Part shown: one piece after another, positions 56,950-64,000 of the stretch | How the letters are laid out: every line of letters begins with the position of its first letter | Position numbering within the stretch: position 1 is the first letter of the stretch | DNA from: the human T2T-CHM13v2.0 reference genome, Homo sapiens | Assembly (NCBI RefSeq): GCF_009914755.1 | Contig: NC_060929.1 | Length of the DNA: 64,000 nucleotides | Strand: one strand, 5' to 3' | The notes under the pieces: model-generated | Database searches by the model: none | Told to the model about the DNA's origin: nothing | The model's input: the letters and a program-made list of their open reading frames with translations, nothing else | Made by a program: the position numbers and the translations under genes

Positions 56950-58800
56950 CACAGCCAGGGAAAGAGGCAGCGCCGGCAACAGGGCGCAGAGGAGGCGGAG
57001 TCGAGCGCTCCTCCGCAGCTGCCAAAAGTGCAAGACGTAGCTTCACTCGAATCGCTCCCGGCCCCTTTCGGGCCCCCTCTTGGCTGCCTCGCCTTCCTCC
57101 CCGAGTCCCAAGTGTACAAACTCACAGACCCGGGACGAAGCCCGGAGTCTGAGAGGCAACTCCAAGTCGCTTCTTGGAGCTCAGCAAGTTTCCAAGCAGA
57201 GAAGCAAAACCCAGAGCAGTCGGCTGGCACCATCAGTCCCCCATCCCTGGCATCTCCGGAGTCCTCCAAATCCCACCCGGCTCTCCGAAGCCCCAAACAA
57301 CTCGAAACGTAACACCCTTTTCTGGAACGAACTCGCGTTCTGAGCACCTAGTTCGCCCCTGGGGCCCGGGAGCCCCAACTCCGAAGCCGATCTCTTCCCC
57401 TGCAGCGTAGGCCAGCTCGAATCGGACACTCGCCCCCAAACCAAAGCGCGAGCCCCCCATCCTCTCTCTCGAGTCCAGAGATGCAGCTCCTCTCAGTTCC
57501 AGGGATGCTGGCTCCTTCCAGAGTGTTCAGTCCCTCCCTGGACCGTCAGCGCGCCCCCCGCCCCAGCGAGCTCCAGCCCAGGGGCTCCTGCCACACCGCC
57601 CCCTCCCCCCAGCTCACCAGTCCCGGGGGACATGGCCGGGGCAGCTTCGCTCGCCCAGCCTTCCTTCCTCCAGCCCAGAGAAAACTGGAGCTATCAAGCC
57701 GCTCTCCTGGAGAGGGCGTCGAGGGTCTCGGTCTGCCCTTTAACCCCAGGGGCTCCCGCACCTCCCGGGCTGCGGGGTGGGGAGTCCCGCTCTTCTGAGA
57801 AGCCCGGTGGCCCCGCATCCCGCTCTTCTCCGCGCCCCCAGCAAAGTGAAGCGTGCGGCTCCTTCGCGCCGCAGCCCGGGCCCGGTGGGCCGGGGGCACA
57901 GCGCACGACTCCCGCAGGGCAGTGGCGCAGCCCGCTCCCCTCTTTGCGATCCGGCCGCGGAGGGGGGGCTCCGCCGGTTTCCACCCACCCGGGCCCGGGG
58001 AAGAGGCGCGGAGGCGCCGGCGGCCCGCGTCAGCGACCGGGGACACGGCACTGCCTCGTCCCTGGGGCAGGGCTCACTGCAGCCGGCCGCCACCTCCGTC
58101 CGGCTCGGTCGCCCGGCCCGACCGGGGCCGGAGCCGCCGCGGCCTAGTCCCGGAGGGAGACCGCTCCCGCGCCCGCTCCCGCCCCCCGGCCAGCCCCGCC
58201 ACGGCCAGTCGCCGCCCCGCGACCCCCGCGTCGCCACGCCGCCCCTCATGGGGCAGCGGAAAGAGCCCCGGATCCCCCAGGCTGGCTCGGGGGTCGCGGG
58301 GAGCCGCCGGGCGCCCGCTCCAGCCCGGCTGCTCCTGCCCGGTTTCCCTGCTCACCTCCGCCATATTGGTACCTTTAGGGCGAACGAGCAGCGCCGAGCC
58401 CAGTCCCCGGATGGGGCGCCTGAGCCAATCGCAGCCGCCGCCGCCACCGCCGCGGTCCGCCCGGCACCCGCCCGGCGGCGGAGGCGGCACGGCCCCTTAT
58501 AGGGCAGGGCGGCCCGCGACGCCCCCGGCCCGCTCGCAAGCCGACGCCGCCCGGCGCCCCTCGCCGCCCCCGCGCCGGCCCCAGCCGGCCAGACCCGCAC
58601 CCGCGCGCACCGTCCTTCTCCTCCTGGCTGGTGTAAAGTTCCTGCCGAATTGGAGGCAAGTGGGGGACGGACGGACGCGCGGGCGCGGGACAGACCCACG
58701 TCCAGCCAGTGGAGGCCCAAGAGCCGGCGGGCGCGTCTGGGAACCGACCCACAGACACCGCGGCGCGGGAGGGCGTGCGGGAGGCGGGCAGGAGACTTGG
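56950..58800. promoter_or_regulatory. MIER3 CpG island promoter and intron 1
   Basis: Very high GC/CpG, GC boxes, CCAAT at ~58426, TATAA-like CCCTATAAGG on - at ~58495-58504. Confidence 0.92.
58356..58364 (-). CDS. MIER3: MIER3 coding exon 1 (MAE)
   Basis: aatATGGCGGAG|GTGAGC on -; good Kozak context (A at -3, G at +4). Confidence 0.92.
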
Positions 58801-61619
58801 ACTGGCAGGCGATGTGCAGGGGAACTCGACAGACTCAACTTCCCTAAGAGGAGGAGGCGATCTATGAAATAGACAGATGTGGGAGGAAGCCCTGGGAAAT
58901 GGGAGAAGAGGCTGGTGGATGGCAGAGTCAGTCCAGAATGAGAGGACTACAGTCAGGCACTTTGCCGTTTCCACGAAGGGACCTGCAGGAATGGGAGATG
59001 GAGACCGGTGTACACTGCTCACGGAGTGGACAATGGAAGTAGACATTTGCCAAACAGGTTATTGACAGCACAGAAGAAAAGACAAAAGATCGACAGGGCA
59101 GAGAAATGATGCTGAATATACTTGTACAGTTCAAGAAGATGCCCAAAAAATATAAACTGTGCTGTTATCCAAAAAAAAAAAAAAAAAAATTAGACCAGTT
59201 CTAGGAATTGTTCATCACCAACGTGTCTTAGGGGATGACCCAGAGATACTTGATACATCTGTTGAAGGACAGGAACAGCATATCAAAGGCCCTGAACTGA
59301 GTCTCAAAAATTCTACCCCTCACTTCCCTCACTTCTCCAAAAAGGCCAAACGTTTGGGTAGGATCATAAAAGGAAACTAGTCCCCTGTGCAAGTGGATGG
59401 GTGAAAGACGGAGCATAAGGCTTAACAGGAATACCTGCTCGTACATGTTCCTTATGACCATTTGCTCTTCATTGGAGGAGATTACTCTCCGGAAGGTCCA
59501 CATCCACACTGAAAGACTTTGAGCCAAGTACACAAAAATATACACTAACGACTGATTGGAGAGTTAGGTCCTGCAAGAAGTTAAAGTAAGGTATGGAGTT
59601 GCCCTAGCAAATTTGGAGGACACATTGTCCTAAAGTGGGAGGCCAATTCTATCTGTGGAAAAGAAAGTCGGCTGTAAGGTACATGAATAAGTGAGATGCA
59701 AATACCATCAGGAATTATAGCAGGACCCTACAGGAATTTGGAGAGAGTGATCTCAGACACCAGAGCTCTTCTCCCAGCTTTTTTCTAAAACATACGTAAT
59801 ATTAAATGATAAAGACAAGTTTTTAGAAGCTAAAACTTTCCATACGTCATACTTTTAATCCAAACATGAAAGGTCTTGATTTTAACCTGGGGTCCCTCCA
59901 ATTCCCTTATTGCTGGAGTGCATACTGAGGATGAGGCTGGAGACTGGAGGTAGGGAGAGGGTTATTTTCAAATTTTTTGCCAAGGCATCTCAAAATCAAG
60001 CTTATGCCACGGGTAAAAGTTATTTACTTATGGAAATTTTAGGGAAAAATCACTCCAACTATTTCTAAACATCATAAAGACATGGAAAATTACACTTTCC
60101 CTGCTGTGAAAGATATCTTTCGACCTTTTGTCCAGTCAAATAACTCAAAAACAGCTAAACTTTGAAACCAGACCTTGGCACACATTGTATGTACTGTCCT
60201 CAATGAGGCGTTCAGAGTTTTCAAAGTAAAAAAAAATGGCTTGAAATTAAGTACAAGTGAATAACTTTAGAAATGACGCAGTGAGCACGCGCTGTGGACA
60301 GAACCATGAAACAGTGCCCTGAGCAGCTGGACCGCAGTCTGAGCCACGTGAAGAAAGTGTCTCCAACAACCTGCCTCATACATTACACTGGGAAAAACAT
60401 TTTCTTCCCAGCAAACTTGGCTAATCCAAACTATAAATGTAGTCTTAGATTATATGTTTTGCCATAACTGAAATATACACAGATTTATTCACTTTCATGA
60501 ATCTAGTAATGTTTCTGTAGACTTTCTTTATATTCAATTGTAAAGATTTTGTATAGGCATTTGTAATTTTGATTGTTATATGCTCCCTATTATAGAACGT
60601 AGTGTAGGAAGTCTGAGTCCATGGTATTAAATAAGGATTCAGACAAAGATAAATGAAGCTAAATTTATTAGCAGTTGAAGGTAGCAGAGCTACTTTCCCC
60701 CACCTGATCACTAGAGAAAGTTTATCACTCAGTCTTACATAACACATTCCTTTATGATAAAGTGTGTAAAGTCTATATGTAGATGGAGCTCTCATTCTTT
60801 CTGATTGACAAGACTTTCATGAGTCAGTACAGATTAAAAATCCTTGTGACCCAAGGAGTTTAAATTAAAATACTATTACTTTTTACTTTTATTATCCTGT
60901 AACTATGCAATACAGGGCATTATATAGAAAGTGCTAGATGCTGGGCACTGTGGGACCACCATAAAAATGTCCTTGTCCCCCAAAAGCTTACAATCTAAGT
61001 AATTTCCATAGGTGGTAAATGGATATGTGAGCAAGGAAAACTAAAAACCATAGTAACCTCCTAAGGAGAACCAAAATGTCATAGATCCTCCAACCATCTT
61101 TAGAAAGGAAATAAATCAATACAGCTTTATTTATAAACATGTAATTTTAGAGGCTTCCAGTAAATTCATACAATAAAATAAAAAAACATATATAAAAAAA
61201 TGAGGACCAACGAAACTAACTAGACTAGGAGGTTAACACCAAAGAAAAAGTAAGGACAAGGATCTGCAGGTTATGAGGTATTAACACAATACAATAGTTA
61301 AGCCATAAATGTAGAGCTTTCTGGCAGCCAAAGCAAAAAAGGTGAATGTAATCAGTTGCTTGCTTCTCATTGGAGAAGCATACAAATGTAGGAGAAATAT
61401 ACAAATTCTTTTGGTAACTGTCTATGAAAGTTGAGAGCACAATATGAATGACCTACTGAAAGCAGTTAATGGGGCCACAGTAATGCAACATAGATATTTA
61501 GGCTTCTGCAGATTCCATCTAACCCATGGGAAACTAATAAACCAAAGTTAATGTCTCAATCTCAAATGCCCATAGTAGTCAGGCAGGCATAATGAATGAG
61601 TGAAGCAGGCTAGTGTAGA

Positions 61620-61890
61620 CAAACGCAGGAGTAATAGCAAATTTGGAGACGTGTCCTACTTAAAGATGGAAACCACTATGCACTACTTGGGTCAGTTTCA
61701 GCTTACTGGCCCAATGTTTCCAGTTTCAATTTTCCAAGAACAGCTGGAAAACTGAATTTTTATGTTATATCTCCTGGTCGTAAAATTTTGTCAACTAATT
61801 TTTTAAAAATTTAAACACAGTGTAGATCAAATAAATCATGTTAAGTAAATCATATTTAGCCTGGGAGCTTCCAGTTTGCGAACCTGATCT
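61620..61890. mobile_element. hAT-Charlie remnant (MER103C-like)
   Basis: TTTTCCAAGAACAGCTGGAAAACTGAATTTTTATGTTATATCTCC resembles the ~4800 element. Confidence 0.4.
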
Positions 61891-63869
61891 AGAACATCAT
61901 CTTAGCGTTACTTCTCAGCATAGCTTGTAAGACTGTAATGCCAACAGTTAGACCCAGCATCAGGCCAAACTACTTGCATTTTTCTAAATTTATCTACTTC
62001 TCCTGCGTGATATTCAATTAAATATTTTTTGTTGGAATGAATGGCCACTCTCTGAGAAAGCTAACTGATCATAGTAAGTTTTGCCTAAACAAAAGATTCT
62101 TAACAAAAGAAAGATGATCTGCATGGTAACTTTAAAAAAGAGAGAGTTCTCACAGTTCAAAAAAGGTTTCAGTTCGTTTCTAAGAAGGGAACTTGGTCCA
62201 TATACATGAACATATATCCAGCCTGTGAGTCAGGGCCATTCTTAAAATGAGATGGATGCATCAGGCTGACATAGCTGTGCAAGCATACCCAATTGGAACT
62301 TCCAAGTCAATGACTTTAAATTGCAGGAACATCCTCAAAAGAATTTGTAATAACTCTATCCCTTCTTATGTATTCCAATTGACTTCTAATTTTGTCATTA
62401 TAAATTTAAATGGCTGCAAAGGATGTACTTACCTTTCGTAATGATGGTCATTTAAAAATAAAGCCATTATATAACACTTAAAATGTATGCAATGGAATCT
62501 AAATACCATAACAATTTGATATTTCATTATTCTTTTAAAAAGACATAAACATGTTTCTTGAATGGTATGAAATTTTACATGATTCCTTTTTCTCCTTGAA
62601 CTCATATTCCCATTCTACTTTCTCCAAAGAAGTGTAATATGCTTTATGCTTAGAAGTCTTTTGTTGATACCCTACAATCTTTATCTGCAACAAAAATATC
62701 CTTGTAAATTGATAGTAAAGAGAAATAATTTTCCTCCAGATTGAATTATCAGTACAATTACTACTAATTTACATTTGATCTAAGCAATATACATGTATTA
62801 CAAGTTTTGAGTAAAGCTTTTTGAACAAAAATTGCATTGGAAATCAATCTATTGATAAGATGAATAGGATCTTTAAAAATTAATTCATGTACCCATGGAT
62901 GAATATTACTTAATGCTAGAATGGGAGTTTAACATCAATTTTATTCTTAGTCTTTATTTATACAGAAGTAAGGTTTGAGAAACCATATTCATACACAAAT
63001 AGATAGAAATGGAAGGGTTTTGTTACTAAACCATCACTCAATTTGTTGATCTCCTTAGTAATATCTCCTTAGTAATACATCATGTTATGATCTTCTATCA
63101 AACATTATTTTTAATGATCTATACGCTGATGTTTTAAATGTGTTCCTTCAACTTTGTTGAAAGCTAAGAGTTAAAAGCTACCTGACTTGAAAGAGGATTT
63201 TTTACAAAGCTATTATAGCTCATCACTATAATTCACTTCAATTTTGATGAAGATTACCAAAAAAGCCTTTGCCAAGACTTATCAAATGACTGTTAATTGT
63301 ACTGTTTCACGTAGAGGCAATTATTTAACTCAACAGGCTCAGAAAAGGGAAGGAAAATGGGAGCAGTGTTAATTTTAAGACTCTCTTACAAATACAGTTT
63401 TGTTAAATAAAATGTTTATATCTTATCACACGTTTTAAATACATTTTTGTCAAAACCTTGGACTGGAGCCCTAAATCTTTCACTTGTGGAAAATGTCTGC
63501 CACATAACCTAACAAGCAAACGCTGTCCCTTTTGTCAAACCAAACTGCCAAGTCTGACTTGAAAAGTCTGATTTCATTTTTCAGTTCTAAGAAGCCTATT
63601 AATTCTTATTTTGAGATATATTTTAAACCACTGAGAAATAAATTACAAAACGTATTATAAGATAGATTACTAAAAGCATGCAATTCAAGATTAAAATGAT
63701 GTCAGATCTAACCGAATTAATTTTTTCATTTTATAAGTTATAAAAAGAGTAATCAATACGCAGTTCATCACTTAGCTTGTTATAATACAATGTAGCATGT
63801 GGCTACAAGTAATGTTATGTATATTGCAAAGAATATGATAAAAGGCATGGTATTTCTTTGGTAAACAAG

Positions 63870-64000
63870 TGTTACGGACTGAATATTTATGTTCTCCCCA
63901 AATTCATATGTAGAAGCCCTAACCCCCAGTGTGGCTATATTTGGAGATGGGGCCTCTAAGGAAGTAATTAAGATCCCCATGCTACCTTCTTGGACTTTGC
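63870..64000. mobile_element. MaLR LTR (MLT1A-like) start, internally deleted, runs to window edge
   Basis: TGTTACGGACTGAATATTTATGTTCTCCCCAAATTCATATGTAGAAGCCCTAACCCCCAGTGTGGCTATATTTGGAGATGGGGCC. Confidence 0.8.

Noticed and set aside
56688-57347. 219-aa minus-strand ORF overlapping MIER3 exon 2
   Set aside because: Crosses exon 2 in a different frame and has no recognisable protein features; lies on the CpG island edge.
58494-58504. CArG (SRF) box in the MIER3 promoter
   Set aside because: CCTTATAGGG has a mismatch to CC(A/T)6GG and reads equally well as a TATA-like element; not supportable.
57481-59046. Long overlapping ORFs on both strands (up to 339 aa) at the MIER3 promoter
   Set aside because: GC-rich CpG island depleted of stop codons; low-complexity Pro/Arg/Gly/Ala translations in many frames; no domain signature.
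63049-63076. ATCTCCTTAGTAAT x2
   Set aside because: Ordinary 14-bp slippage duplication with no functional context.

Overview
Human (or very close primate) genomic DNA from the MAP3K1-SETD9-MIER3 locus (5q11.2 in human), recognised from the spliced protein translations. Bases 1 to ~2400 are an AT-rich terminal 3' UTR, assigned to MAP3K1 from gene order and recall because no MAP3K1 coding sequence is in the window. SETD9 (+ strand, CpG-island promoter, 6 coding exons, 15897-23153) splices to 900 nt, i.e. 299 aa plus stop. MIER3 (- strand, 13 coding exons, 58364-29380, ELM2-SANT corepressor) splices to 1653 nt, i.e. 550 aa plus stop, with a ~3.5 kb 3' UTR converging on SETD9. The rest is Alu, L1, L2, MIR, MaLR LTR, DNA-transposon and microsatellite sequence. 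I found no prokaryote-type system, CRISPR array, RNA gene or new protein-coding gene. The most interesting signals are these: a probable L1-derived alternative last exon of SETD9 inside a MIER3 intron, which would truncate the SET domain and create ~6 kb of antisense overlap; two tandem perfect hairpins with UGUA motifs just before a non-canonical SETD9 poly(A) signal; a mitochondrial-presequence-like SETD9 N-terminus; and a templated-insertion-like scar with a perfect 25-bp copy 2.6 kb away. Repeat boundaries and subfamily names are by eye and approximate.
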